Shown here: positions 1 through 12,365 of the stretch, one piece after another
Position numbering within the stretch: the first letter of the stretch is position 1
How the letters are laid out: each line of letters starts with the position of its first letter
NCBI GenBank assembly: GCA_003693705.1
Contig: RBZT01000641.1
Span: 1-48,347, forward strand
DNA: 48,347 bases
Direction of reading: 5' to 3'
From: Polymyxa betae A26-41
Taxonomy: Eukaryota; Protista; Endomyxa: Phytomyxea
Notes under the pieces: model-generated
The model's database searches: none
Seen by the model: the letters and a program-made list of their open reading frames with translations, nothing else
What the model was told of the DNA's origin: nothing
Program-made: the position numbers and the translations under genes

Positions 1-1758
1 GTATCCCAGTAGATTCGTAACATCATCGAGTTTTCAAAGATGGCTGAAAACAGCGAATGGCAAAGACTAGAAAGGGTGTAAAGCATTTTCTGCAATTGAC
101 GCGAATTTTCATCTCATTTTATGACAAATCCCGTCAATGTTTCGCCCTCAATGGCTTCTGTGCGTCCGGTAACGTCTTTTCAACGAGCTTGAAATTGCAG
201 AAAACTTGCTAATGCCGCAAACGAATGATGTTGTTTTCGGGGTGCCGAATTTTTTAAGGCAAATTACGTTTTTTGTAATCGGTTGCTTACCATTGCTTGT
301 TGCGTCATTAGGAGCTTAAGCCTGCGATTGAGCCATCGGTCTCGCTCTGATCTAAACTTATTTCTGTCGCTTGCCCTCCAGCTTTGGATCTGTATCCATG
401 ATTTAAAAGGCGAAGAAGCAAAGGACCGCTGTAACCACGTCCTGGGAACTTGTCCCTCATCATTTCCTCCATTTTAGTACGTCAAGGATAGACATTCCTA
501 GCTCCTGAGCATATTGAATCTCGTGTGATGTTAAATGCGATTGTAGTTTAATTACAATCCTCTCAGAGGCACGACATTCATCATGCTTCAGAGAGATGAT
601 GATGGATTTCGCAAGAACGACTTCGATCAATTTCATATAGACCAGAAATGGTGCTGGATTGAAAATGGATTCTCCATCTCGTATCTGTGAATGATACGGA
701 TGATTTAGGATTTCTACCGCAATCCGAGCAATACTAATTAAAAGTATCCACTTCTGATTATCACCAAACTCTCTGAACTATACATTAAAAAATTCCTAGT
801 GTTTCTAGCCGATCATGACCTTTAGCCACTTCGAGCATCTTTTCGAAAATAGGTTAAGATTTGTCAAAGTACAGTACTTCTCGTGAATCGAATGTGGAAA
901 CAGGAAAACTCTGTGGTTTGATGGCCTCGGTGATTTCATTGTCTGAACCGGAGAATGGTGGCGAATCTTCTACAACAGATTCGCAGGACCCATTTCAAAT
1001 CAATATTTACAAAATGGTCGTCCACGTCAAGAAAAACGACAAGTTATCCTTGATTATCGTCAGACTGGGCCGGATTATGGGCGGCAATCGATTTGAATAA
1101 AAGTCTTATAATCATTCTATCGTCTAAAAATCCCGCTTAATCAAAATCGTACTGTATTGTGGGAGGCTAGAAGGCTGCCCCAGCCTCCTGGACTCAGTCA
1201 CAGACTATGATGGATCGGCCGGAGGCTGCGTGGCCTCCCAGCCGGCGGCGGCTGGAACGACTTCCCGAGGCGAATGTCAAGAAAAGGAGCTGATGGGCCA
1301 CCTCCAGCAATATGGACTATTCCGTATTCCAAGAGATCATGAATTAGGGTTTTCGGGAGCTGGGTCAAACTTCACCTCCGGAATCGGCCTCTCTCTATCT
1401 GCTCAATATCGGGCAGCTCGAGTACGCCTCTGGCTGATTGTATACAGCAGGATCAGTCCAAGGCTTAGATGGTTTGCAAGGCGCAGACATCAGATCGAAT
1501 CTGAAGAAATCACAAACAACGACCTCTTTTTTTTTCCATCCATCACTGCAGAGACGGTCTCACTCGCATTTGTTCAATCCAAAAACGTGCTTTCGCAGTT
1601 ACGATTCGGCTGATGAAAATCACGTCGACTTGACAAAATTTTGTTAGGGTTTTAGAAGCCATCAAGTTCCTATTCGATAGCGGTTTATAATGGCGTCTAC
1701 AAGGCTGACGATATCGAACTGTTCTTATGATAAACTACTCAACAATTTATCTGATAAG

Positions 1759-2685
1759 CTAGCATGATGCATGCCTGGGACGGACTTTGTCTTCGGCTCG
1801 GACCTTGGATCCAATCTCCGACCTTCTGTCCGCGCCCTTCAGCAGCCGAATAATGATGACCGGCCAGGCGGTCGTACACGCATCGAACACCTGATCGGAC
1901 GCGATGATCGGTGTGAGCAAGCCCGGATGCGGTAACGTCACCACCCCGATCATGAACAGCACCATCGTTAACGATACCATCATACTCAGCATCGACAGCG
2001 CACACGTTACGATACACAGTCGGCGGGGGGCCTGTCCATGCCCCACCCCGCACGCACCCACCGTCACCTGTGTAGTCCGCAGAATCTCACTCACAAACCG
2101 CGCATTCATCACCAACTCAAAGCCCAGGGGCAGTACGACCGTGAACACCACGAACACGGTCGGCTGTAAAATCGCGATACAGACAGCGTCCGGCGGTATC
2201 ACCGCCGTTTGTGCCGTGAGATGGATCGCGATCAGAGCCAGTACGACGACGCCTCCGATCGCGGCGTATTGCAGAGCGGCGGCGGTGCGTTGATCGGAGG
2301 CCGCGACCTGATTGGATCGCGCCACCATGAAGACCTTTGAAGCCCCCTTTGTGAAGATGGCGAACGTTGCGGCCATGTGATGGAGCAGGCGGCATTGCGG
2401 TCCAGTACGCCCATACAGGAAGAACTGCGGAATGACCGAGCCGAGCGACAGGATGACGGCGGTGACAGAGAGGAGATGGAGGTTGTTCCAGCCGTGGCCG
2501 TTTCGACTGTAGTAACGATAGTGGATGTAACAATACGGGAGTAACGTAATCATGACGAACAGGATGAGAACGGATGGGATAACAAGCGAGACTGAGATCG
2601 ACATGATGAGGGCGACTGCCCCGCCGCACGGCGTTTCCCGATCTGGTACAAAGTCGAAACGTAACACCCCGCAGAATGGTAACAT
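1759..2685 (-). CDS. Orphan 7TM / GPCR-like membrane protein, intronless (alternative start ATG at 2604)
   Basis: 308-aa ORF with about 7 hydrophobic segments; Cys at the top of TM3 (PQCRLLHH) and Cys in the second extracellular loop (DAVCIA); clear paralog of the gene at 3903-4709 (shared WNxLxLLS, PQxxLYGR, ARSNQVA, FExxxNARFV, QVxDACxTAWPxIIIR). Confidence 0.8.
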   Translation of the reverse strand: MLPFCGVLRFDFVPDRETPCGGAVALIMSISVSLVIPSVLILFVMITLLPYCYIHYRYYSRNGHGWNNLHLLSVTAVILSLGSVIPQFFLYGRTGPQCRLLHHMAATFAIFTKGASKVFMVARSNQVAASDQRTAAALQYAAIGGVVVLALIAIHLTAQTAVIPPDAVCIAILQPTVFVVFTVVLPLGFELVMNARFVSEILRTTQVTVGACGVGHGQAPRRLCIVTCALSMLSMMVSLTMVLFMIGVVTLPHPGLLTPIIASDQVFDACTTAWPVIIIRLLKGADRRSEIGSKVRAEDKVRPRHASC

Positions 2686-2924
2686 AGTCGCCGGATCGGC
2701 TATTCATGTCACATTCGGGATACGGTCAACAGTGGCGACCTGTTGAAGATGAGCTGTGGGCTGCGTGCGCACATTCGCCTCAGTGGCAAAAAACCAACCA
2801 CAGTCGACTCTCGGCTCGGCCGTACAGCCCCACGCCAGTTGGCATGGTTTTCGGCTTCCTGTTGTTAGGTAGTCGACTCTGAAGGTGCGCGGGCTGCCCC
2901 CACTGCCCCGAAACCCTAATTCTG

Positions 2925-3032
2925 CTGTCTCTCAGTGTCTCTCTCTTTCCCTCTCTCTGTCTCTCTCCCTCTCAGTCTCTCTCTTTCCCTCTCTGTCTCT
3001 TTCTTTTCCTCTCAGTCTCTCTCCTTCCCTCT
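2925..3032. repeat. Degenerate (CT)n pyrimidine microsatellite
   Basis: About 105 bp of ctctct/ctgtct/ctcagtctct units between the two 7TM genes. Confidence 0.85.
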
Positions 3033-3902
3033 ATTGTGTGATGCTTCGGGAGGCCATGATGCTTACTTTGTGAGAAATGGCCTTCCATTGGTAAAGCCGA
3101 TTCACACAAAACAAATATGGGTTTCTATCACACTTCAATTCTGGTTTTAAATTGTGATTTTTTCTAAGACCAACCCATGACCATTGGCACCTGCGTTGTT
3201 ATTGGGCTCGGCGAATTCACATCTCCACATCTACCGACAGATTACCTAATTGATATTGATTTCAAAGTGACAAACTGATGCTTTTTGTTAAACTCTCCCA
3301 AATAGCTATTTAAAACCCTTATAGAGTGTGAACGCACTCACGAAGAGGAAGGCTCTTTTGTCATTGCGGGATCGGCGGCAGATGCCAATAACTCAGTCAT
3401 TCATTGGTGATAGAGGAATAGTTGCAGTGGGCGCGACCTCCCAGAATCGAGGATTTATAATACAAAAGTTCACTTCGATATTGGTCATTAACGTAGCCGA
3501 GCTTGTGCTGAGTAAAGAGATGACGAACACACGCTCTGCGTCATCTCAGGAAAGAAACGCTGCGAACAGTTCAGCGGACAATCCAACTCCGGACTCTGCC
3601 ACATTAAAGATGACGCAGCGGCACCAAACCGACCGTTCCGAGGGCCGAAATCCTCTCAGGACAAACTACGTAGTGATTTGGTCACATATTCGACATCTGG
3701 AAGAAATTCTGCTATCAAGTCGTAATCCATTAAGTCTATATAAAGAGTGTACTCTGTCAGTAAAAACCCTAACCCTACTTTGCAGTTATTTTCTCTCAAT
3801 AGATTATGTATTATTTAATACAGCTTGATTAAAGATAGATATTTTACATCGTATTGAGGGCTATCAGGAATACCAAAATGTTATCGAATTCGTGCATGGG
3901 TT

Positions 3903-4709
3903 TTAAGCACCAGCAGAAACGATGATCAAGTTGGACGTTGGGGCAGTATTCCACCGTTTCATGACCCTTATTATGATAGCAGGCCAGGCCGTAGAACACG
4001 CATCCACGACCTGAGCTGCCACTAACAACGGCGTCTTCAACGACTCGCGGGGGAGCGGTACGACCCCGATCACGAGCAGCATACAGAGCACGGAGACCAG
4101 CATGCTGCCGATCGACATGGCACACGTTACGCGGAATAAACGTTTCGGGGCCTTGGCGTGGTCCGGCCCGACGGACCTCGCGACCCGCTGCCCGGCCTGG
4201 CGAATATAATAAACAAATCGGGCGTTGACGGTCACCTCGAACAGATGCGGCAGCAGAAACGAGAACATCATGAACGAGCAGAGGTCGAGCTGGACCACGC
4301 AGAGGCCGTCGGCGGCGCGGACCGCCGTCTGAACCGTCATGTTGAAGGCGAGCATGTTGAGCGTGAAGATGATGACGATGGCGGCGCTCAGGGGGGGCGC
4401 ACGCCCGGCGACCTGATTCGATCGGGCCAGGAAGAAGACCTGCGCGAGCGCCTTGGTGGTGTGAGCCCACGACCCCGCCCAATGATGCAGAACGCGGCAT
4501 TCGGCGGCCGAACGCCCATACAGAAGATACTGCGGGACGATACTGCACAGGGTCAGTACGACGATGACGGCCGACAGTAGGTTCAGGTGATTCCATTGCG
4601 TGGCCTTCGGATTGTAGTGGCGGACGTGGACGACGAGTGACGCGACCAGGGTCAGTACGACGTACGCGATCAGGACCGTCAGCAGGATGGCGTTCTCGAA
4701 CTGTGCCAT
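3903..4709 (-). CDS. Orphan 7TM / GPCR-like membrane protein, paralog of 1759-2685
   Basis: Part of ORF 3903-4817; first ATG at 4709 (MAQFENAILL); about 7 TM segments and the conserved Cys pair (AECRVLHH, DGLCVV). Confidence 0.8.
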   Translation of the reverse strand: MAQFENAILLTVLIAYVVLTLVASLVVHVRHYNPKATQWNHLNLLSAVIVVLTLCSIVPQYLLYGRSAAECRVLHHWAGSWAHTTKALAQVFFLARSNQVAGRAPPLSAAIVIIFTLNMLAFNMTVQTAVRAADGLCVVQLDLCSFMMFSFLLPHLFEVTVNARFVYYIRQAGQRVARSVGPDHAKAPKRLFRVTCAMSIGSMLVSVLCMLLVIGVVPLPRESLKTPLLVAAQVVDACSTAWPAIIIRVMKRWNTAPTSNLIIVSAGA

Positions 4710-5699
4710 GACGGGGCCGGCGGCGGCGGCGGGTGCTGCGAGAGATGATGATGGGCCGTTTGGGCTAGTACGGCAATTGGGAGGGATGAGAACACCGACG
4801 ACGGAAACTGCGTGCACTAATTGGAAGAGTTTCCCGATCGGAGGCGATCAGCGATGTTCGTCAAGCAATCGGCCACGACCAGCGATGCGATATGGAAAAG
4901 AGGGTTTGTATAGAGACGGAATTGTCGTATTATCAAGGACTTGATAGGATGGAGGTGATCAGTATCTGAGTAGAGCTCGTTTGTTAGGGATAAACATGTC
5001 CCAATGAAACACCGTAGCCTCAGCCGCCGATAGTCCTGTTTTATGAACAATGGTTACTACCGTACCTGAATAAATTTTTAAGTTTGAAAATAGATTTAAT
5101 CATGCTGCGAATTCATCAACATTTTTATAAAAGAAAATTCAGCTGAAAGTCGGCATATGGCTTTCGAAATCTTGTGATATAAAGAGAAATTGTGTTATCT
5201 GGTATCAGCACGTGGAAAAAATACGAAAGGTCTCATGATCAGACAAATCCAAACCCTAACTAATGTCCCCAGAAATTATTTGAATCAACACTATCAAAAT
5301 TTCAGGGGAAACTGTACAGTACCGCTTTAATTGTATATTGTTTATATTGGCTGGCTGCAGTCGTCAATGCCAGGTCAGCCAGGGACCAGCATGACCAGGT
5401 CAATAGCCATGGCACTGATGGAGTGAGAGGCGCCGACTGAAGTCGAGATTGGGAGCGAATGGTTGCCCTCTGGTACTAGGGTTAGGGTTTGGCAGCCGCA
5501 TTAAACAGTAAGACGGACCCTGCTCGCTTGCTGCAGTGACAGCAGCTGTCTGTTGAAACCTTTTTGATCTCTGTTAGACAGAGCAGTTTTAATACAAAGC
5601 TCAGAGCCATTCCTTCATCAAATACAGAATCAGACAGCTCTTAGAGCAGCTTTTACAAAGCCTCCTTTTTTTCGGTCCAAATAAATCGTTAAGGTTATT

Positions 5700-6560
5700 A
5701 CTAGCTGCTATGGCAGAGTTCAAAGCCGCTTTGAGTTTTGGTGGAAAATGGAGAAACCGTTTATATGGGATGAAGGTGTCGAATAAGATCGGTTGATGTC
5801 ACAAGAACAAGAATCAAAGCGAAGTGGAAGTCTCCATTGATTCAGACACGAACAAGATGGCCAGAGCTGGCATCGGCGTCAACTCGGAGTGGATGGTTTT
5901 GACAGCAATGCCGAATAGCGAGAGCCTTGACAGATTCGGTAATATCTGAATAAACCTAGAATTTTATCTATCAGAAGGCATCCCTTCGGAAGATGATTTA
6001 TCACGAAAATTCAGCAAGGTCTCGCCATTAATATTGTCACGGTTCTCTATGAAGATGGTGCCTAAGACCAATGATTTTAGGTCGGCGTCATAGAAATAAT
6101 CACTGGACTGTAATATTGATTTTCAATCTTCGCATCCTTGATAGATCGTCATTGAATGATTTAGAGGTCTATGAGATAGCAGCAGCATGAAGGCAAATGC
6201 CATTGAATAGGATCTCACAAACTTCCGATGAGTTCGAAAGCAGGAGGGTTTCTTTCAAAGTCATGTTGAAAGTTAGGGTTAGGGTTTGTATTACAGGATG
6301 AGCGACAGCCAAGAGACATTCAATATTGATAAGCGGCGATTCGAATTTGTCAGCAATTTTTTCGGAAATACATAGAGAAAGAAACGCCGTTATTCTGATG
6401 AAATCTTGGTTAAATGAGCAGGCAACTTTCGGCTAAAATAATGGTCTCTTTTCAGATGTGATCGTTACATCATATGAAATCATTGATTAAGGCAGATCAT
6501 CATCCTTGATAACATTCAATTACGATAGTCTGCCCATCAAGCCACGTTGCCGCTGATTTG
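5700..6560 (-). mobile_element. Possible highly decayed PIF/Harbinger transposase remnant
   Basis: Broken minus-strand fragments in the expected order, loosely resembling DYFxE, NDIN and terminal DLIxHL (TDLIRHL near 5790); many stops and frameshifts. Confidence 0.25.
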
Positions 6561-6814
6561 AAGTTTTCTTTTCGGTGGTATCATACATGAAAATCCGATA
6601 AAAGTCCCCAAACAAGCCCTCAAAACAAGCTCCCCAAAATACCCGGCCATTTAGCGTGCACAGATTCATTCACGGAGCTGTAGAAAATAATCAAATTTCT
6701 GCGCTCGGCTATTTCTGACATTTTAGATAAATCCGACTCATCCGAGGAAATGAGATGAAACAGACTCTTCCTTTCGGCGTCCGCAGAATCCGCGATCTCG
6801 CACCGATCTTTCCA

Positions 6815-7354
6815 ATGTCCTGCTCCAACCTCGTCGTACTGCTTCTGTCGCTGGCCGTCGTACTGGCCGGCGCCCTTCCCGGTGGCGGCTCGTCGTCCAG
6901 CACCGCCGAGATCCCGCCGGAAGTCGCCTCCCGGGCCAGTACGTCGTCGCCCTGGGCCGAAGTGTGGCGCTCCGTACGCTGCTGGTTGATCGACCCCGTA
7001 CTGGCCCTGGTCGGACGTTCGCGCACTGCATCGGCCATTCGCGCATTGGCCCGCCCTCGCCAGGTCGTACTGGTCCCCGTCCTGTCCGCTCTACTGGGCT
7101 GGTTGGGCCCGCAGGTCGTCGCGGTGGCGATCGCCACGCTGATCGTACTGCCCCTGATTCCGTTCCCGATACTGATGATCTCCGTGACCGGGTATCTGGT
7201 TGTTGCTCCGTCGGTGGTCGGGGCCGTGATTTCTGCGAGCGGATTCTGCCGGGAGAGGGTTCAGGATGTGGCGGAATTCTTCTTCATGAGATGGGTTCGA
7301 CGTGGACGAAGAATGCGCGCTCCTGCTGATCCGCTCAGATTGACATCGTCTTGA
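6815..7354 (+). CDS. Small signal-peptide / hydrophobic-hairpin protein, family member A (179 aa)
   Basis: ATG 6815 within ORF 6755-7354; signal peptide, Ser-rich linker, WAEVWRSVRCWLIDPVLAL, long Pro-containing hydrophobic stretch, Arg-rich tail; close paralog at 38943. Confidence 0.8.
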   Translation: MSCSNLVVLLLSLAVVLAGALPGGGSSSSTAEIPPEVASRASTSSPWAEVWRSVRCWLIDPVLALVGRSRTASAIRALARPRQVVLVPVLSALLGWLGPQVVAVAIATLIVLPLIPFPILMISVTGYLVVAPSVVGAVISASGFCRERVQDVAEFFFMRWVRRGRRMRAPADPLRLTSS

Positions 7355-8884
7355 GGCCCCATATAAACACAATTCATGTCATGATCAGAGTGTCGCAACC
7401 CCCGGCGCAGCCCACATGAAAGCTGCAGTCGGATATATCATAGGAGGAATGATCTTCCGATTCGATAATACACTAATTCTTACTCCTTATCTGGTCGTGT
7501 GTCTGCTTGCCTCCGATCGTTCAGCTATCGTATTAACACAAAATTTCTGTTTAGAACAATAGACAAATGGTGACGTCAATATCGTTCTGGCTCTCTCGGA
7601 GAAAATTTTTTCTCGTTACTATAACACAATCCTTTCTAGTCTTGGCCATTTGCTGTTTTCAGTCATTTTAAAAAAACTCAACGATGAGCTGAAGATCAAT
7701 CGAGTCTTTCACAGGAAACTTTCTGCATTTATCTCAGCGGTCATTGAATGATGCCACAAAGCACTAAAAGGTTTTCTGGCTGTTTTATTAAGCTGAATCG
7801 ATGAGGTCTTAACTTGGCATTATCTCAATATAATTAGACCAGACGACGAAATGCCGCTCGCATTAAGGACGACCAGGGCCCTTCGTCGTCGTGAAAGTTT
7901 CTGTTGAAAAACACAGCCAGAATCAGAAGAACTGGAAACCGCCCTCAATGCATTTCTTTAGATGGATTTTTTCGTGGTGTTAAGAAGCCATTGATTATCG
8001 ATGTTAAGATGTGTCGAGATGGAGGTGACCGAATCCCGAGATATTATTCAGGCTTCCAGTACTCTGCAGAAGCTCATTCTAATCACTTGCTTATACAAGA
8101 AGTTTGTATGGGCTGTTGAGAAGGAGGAAATCGAAGGGCTGCTCCTCAAAGTCTCACTGTGTCCTGATTCTATGCTGTCTCACTCGCTGCTGCCAGAAAA
8201 CGATCTCAGAACTTTTCGGTCTGCTCATACTGGAGTCGGATTATTATCACTCTCCAAAATTTTGACAAGAGCATATTGATCGGTTTCCTGAGACCGACTT
8301 TTCTTGCCGAGGCGTTCTTCACTACACCCACACCATCAGTTCCGTTTGCTGTCCTGTCATTCTATTTGCCAAAGCACTATGAGCATTACTACGACAAGAG
8401 TTTCAGCACGATGAAATGCATCTACGGACTACGCGGATGATGTAGTGGCAGTTGTCGCTACAACGGATATTGTCAATATGATGAGAGTGGCAGCAACTGC
8501 GATAACTGCTAAGAGTTAAGTATTAGCCTTGGTCATCTGCATAAGAGGAATCATTTTTATGAAACCTCATAAATTGTTCAATCGTATTCATCTGTTTTTT
8601 CTGTTCTCGCGGAATGGCATAGAAAAGCTCAATCAATATCGCGCGTTAATAGTCAACGATAGAAACTTATTGCTTATCGCTCTTATCTCAGTCAAGAAGT
8701 TTCACCATACTCTACTGATCTAATTTCGATGTCGATTGTTCAGGTTGGTGCTTTCATAATTGAAAATATAATGAAAGAATAAAATTGTGAATATTGCTTC
8801 AAACAGCGGTGCCTTCATGAATCTTTGACGGGGTGGATTATGATAGTCTCATAGACGAACCGAAAGGTTCGGTGAAAAGTAACA

Positions 8885-8957
8885 GCCTCGTTGGCCAAGT
8901 TGGTAAGGCGCTCGCTTAGTAAGCGAGAGATCATGTGTTCGAGTCACATACGAGGCA
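8885..8957 (+). tRNA. trnT-AGT: tRNA-Thr (anticodon AGT)
   Basis: Acceptor stem GCCTCGT/ACGAGGC, anticodon arm CTCGC-TTAGTAA-GCGAG, T-loop TTCGAGT, followed by a T-run terminator. Confidence 0.96.
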
Positions 8958-9051
8958 TTTCTTTTTTTGTTAGATCTTCAAAACGTTTCTTCTGTGTGAA
9001 TGCATATTTTTGAACAGAGCTGTCCGCAAGTAAACAGAGAGGCGCTTTAGT

Positions 9052-9531
9052 TTACCAGAAGATGCTTTTGGACTTATTTTCTGCGGATCTATTCAAAGAA
9101 CTTACCAAATCCATTAACTTATGATTTGAAAAAGTTGAATTGCTCGAAAAAACTTCCGTAGCTTCTTTTTCGTAAGATACTGTACCTTTAACAAAATTTC
9201 CCAAAATACACCTAATATCAGGAAACCCACAAGCTTCCCATGTTGTTTTTGAATCCAATAAGCTTCCAATGCTGTTAAAAAACAACTTCCAGAGTAAACA
9301 ATATATAACGGTTTGTATACTAAGGTCGCTCATTTGCATAAAGTCGCGAAATGTGAATTCAAAGAGCTGTCTACTCCTCAGAGGAGGCAAGACCAAGAGT
9401 ATAGGTTTCAAAACGTCGATTTCATCCACCATCGCCATAAGCTGAGGAGACAAAAATACCTGCAAGTCAAACAACACCATAGCACACGGATAGCTCCTAT
9501 TAGCCAAACACAGGTGCTGCGGCCACCACAC
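9052..9531 (-). other. Unassigned AT-rich ORF / probable gene remnant
   Basis: 159-codon open frame with protein-like composition; no family recognised. Confidence 0.25.
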
Positions 9532-9987
9532 CTACCAGTTCACCATCACCACACAAAACCACTCGCGCAGTTTTCTCAGACTCTGACAAGGGACAACCCC
9601 CATCGCCAACCCAAACCCTAACCAAGTCCAACATCACCACAGCAAACAGTTCACACAGTCATAATGCAAGCCCGTTTTATTAACAATAAAATAATACACG
9701 ATCGAGAAAACTGAAAAATTTTGCCAAAAAAGTTTGTAGTCAAAAAGATACTGAACAGTGGCCTGATTCTCACAGATTTGAGTCCATCACTAATCCCATG
9801 TTTTTAAACAGAGTAATGTCGCCCATTCCGTACAGAGGTCATTCAGCCTGGTCCGCTGCCCCCCATACTGGCCCGATCGCCGCGCCCGGTTTCGTTCGCG
9901 CAGCAGCCAGCAGAGCCCGTCCATAGGGAAGGCGAAACCGACGCGGAGAAAGTTGGCGGATGTTGCGCAGTGCACTACTGTAACGCT

Positions 9988-10488
9988 ATGATGAAGAACG
10001 CGTCCGTTACAGTCGCCGCCGTTCTGCTGATCGCGGGCGGGGTCGTCCTGGCCCGGGCCGCCTCCAGCTTCGACCCGCTTCTTCTGGACGATTTCGCCCC
10101 CATTATGGTCGGCGGCCTGTGGCCGCGCGTCCTGCGCACCATCCGCTGCCTGATCGAGCCCGTCCTCGTCATTGTCCGGCGACATCTGCGCCCGCACACG
10201 ATCCGCACCGTACTGGCCCGCCCGTACCCGGCGATCGTGTTGCCGCTGGCGCGGTTTTTCCGGGAGAATGTGAGTTTGGAGCTGGCGCCGGTGTTGGCGT
10301 TCCTGTTGTTCGTCCTGCCAACGGCGGTCCTGAATCAGCCGCTGTTCTTCGGGGTCTGCCTATATGAAACTGGCGCTATTGCTGTCGTCTGTATGCTGTA
10401 TTCTATGAGCGGATGCTTTCGCAGGCATATTCATAGCATGGCTGGTGCATTGACGGATCAACTGATGGCCAATCACCATCAAGGCTGA
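9988..10488 (+). CDS. Small signal-peptide membrane protein, family member B (166 aa)
   Basis: ATG 9988; signal peptide; LWPRVLRTIRCLIEPVLVIVRR..IRTVLARP aligns with WAEVWRSVRCWLIDPVLALVGR..IRALARP in member A; two hydrophobic segments; AATAAA about 45 bp downstream. Confidence 0.75.
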   Translation: MMKNASVTVAAVLLIAGGVVLARAASSFDPLLLDDFAPIMVGGLWPRVLRTIRCLIEPVLVIVRRHLRPHTIRTVLARPYPAIVLPLARFFRENVSLELAPVLAFLLFVLPTAVLNQPLFFGVCLYETGAIAVVCMLYSMSGCFRRHIHSMAGALTDQLMANHHQG

Positions 10489-11853
10489 ACGCTTCTCTCT
10501 CTTTCTAAAGAGCTCTTTTTATTGTCATTGAATAAATCCCTTCAATTTGACTAAATCGATGGATCCATAACAACGAATGATGCTTTCAGTTGATCTAAGA
10601 AGTACATTTATTGGATATAGGCCTCGTCAACTGGTTGATTTCTGATTATAGTTTAGGCAAAATTGTCTGTTCGAGATAGTCATGCAAAAATGTTGTTCTC
10701 GTACTACGATTTCAAAACAAAATCTTAAATGACGATGCTAATGAGGACCTCAATTTTTCAGCATTCCTGACATAGGATTTGAAGACTTGAAGTCTTCCGG
10801 ATCTGTTTTGTTGGCTAGATGATGTTACTCTAATAAACGTCAACTTTAATGCACATTTGATTATGACGCAAAGTAATACTATGCTTTCCCTCCTGTGCTC
10901 AGTATAAGCGCTTCTTGCAGGCAGAAAGAATACTTTAACCTCCCTGGAACGAAAACATGTCAGTTCGCCAACAGGAAGCAAGCAGTTGAAGAAATCTTTA
11001 CAGTAAGATTCTTAGCGGTGGACGGCTGAAACTTATCAGCAGCTCCAAAGCATGAAGACAGTACGGCTACTAACCTGAGTACTATCAGAGATGCATTTAG
11101 GAGACATCGCCGCCTAAGATCAACGAACTGATTTCATCTAATCCAATCCATTACTTGAAGCACACAAATATTGAGAGCAGCGATCGCTATGCTGAAGCGG
11201 TTATGAATGATAACAACCTTCATATACGGAGCTGTGTGAAGTCCTACGGACTGCATGCCAGCTCAACATACGGGCAAACTTCACAAAACGCACACAAGAA
11301 AACTCATTGTGAAATAATTTGTGTTTGTCAAGAGTCAGAGAAAATTGAACAGTGTCCGCATGGTCACAGACAGCCCTTCGATCTTTTGTTAAACCGGAGT
11401 CTTTTATTCAGACTGATTTCGGCAGACCTTCATATTGTTCAGGTCCCGCCGTTCATGTAAATGTGATATTTGCCAGGAACAAAAGTCGCTGAAGCCAATC
11501 ATGCTTCATCGACTTGCCTCAACGAGGTTCTTCTCTAAAACAGAAATATGATTCTTGTTAATCTAAATTCTAATCGAATTGCTTCTCATAAAACCTAAAA
11601 AAAGGATGGAATTTTGAATATTCTCCAGTGGAGAAAAATCACAGTTTGGCAAAGTTGCGCAACAGCGCATATTGTTGAAAGTTGCAAAACTGCGTGCGTA
11701 CGGACCCTGCGAGATCGACGTCAAGCGATATTCCGTCCGACCTCGAGATCCGCAGTAATGTTCCTTCATTTGCAGGTTGTAATGAGATTCCCGACGCCAA
11801 TCGCCAGCGCGCCTGTCGGCAAACATCGTTCAATCCGATCCAATCCGATTCCG

Positions 11854-12365
11854 ATGCGCATCCTGCTCGGCGTCTTCCTGACCGAACTGCTCCTCGACAA
11901 GGCCGTGGCCGCCAGCGCCGACCGCCACGACGCCGTCGCCTCGTCATCGTCGCCGCCGGATTCTGCTGCATTGACAGTCGCCGCCGCCAACGAAACTTCG
12001 ATTACGTTACCCGCGTCTACGTTACAGCCCGGCCGCCGTCGTATCGAGGCCGTCCAGGCCGTCCTGGAGCCGCTGTTGGAACTCGTCCTGCGGCGCAGCC
12101 ACCTGGACGAGATCGTCCCCGTACTGGCCCGCCTGGCTCCGATTCTCCAGTTCCGGGCCTCTTATCGGTCTTGGGCGTCCTGCTCAGCGTCGGCGTTCTG
12201 TCCGGTACGGGCCTACTTTTGACGTCGTTATTGGCCAGTATTCCCTGGGCGCTGAGTACGGCCAGTCTGGCGTCGTTCTACGTCAACGACGCCATGCAAG
12301 CGTTCCTGGAGCGAATGCGCCGTCAACGAAGACCTCGTGCGGTTCCGCAGAGTCGTCGCTCGTAA
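11854..12365 (+). CDS. Small signal-peptide membrane protein, family member C (1-nt frameshift near 12153)
   Basis: MRILLGVFL... to LEPLLELVLRRSHLDEIVPVLARLAPILQF in the frame of ORF 11614, continuing as PGLLSVLGVLL...RMRRQRRPR in the frame of ORF 11682; adding one C to ttccggg restores one ~170-aa protein; paralog at 46345. Confidence 0.7.

Noticed and set aside
1150-1450. GC-rich patch with weak inverted ends (ctgtat..agg / cct..atacag)
   Set aside because: Terminal match too short and gapped to call a MITE.
2885-3150. SLSLSL-containing ORFs
   Set aside because: Translation of the CT microsatellite.
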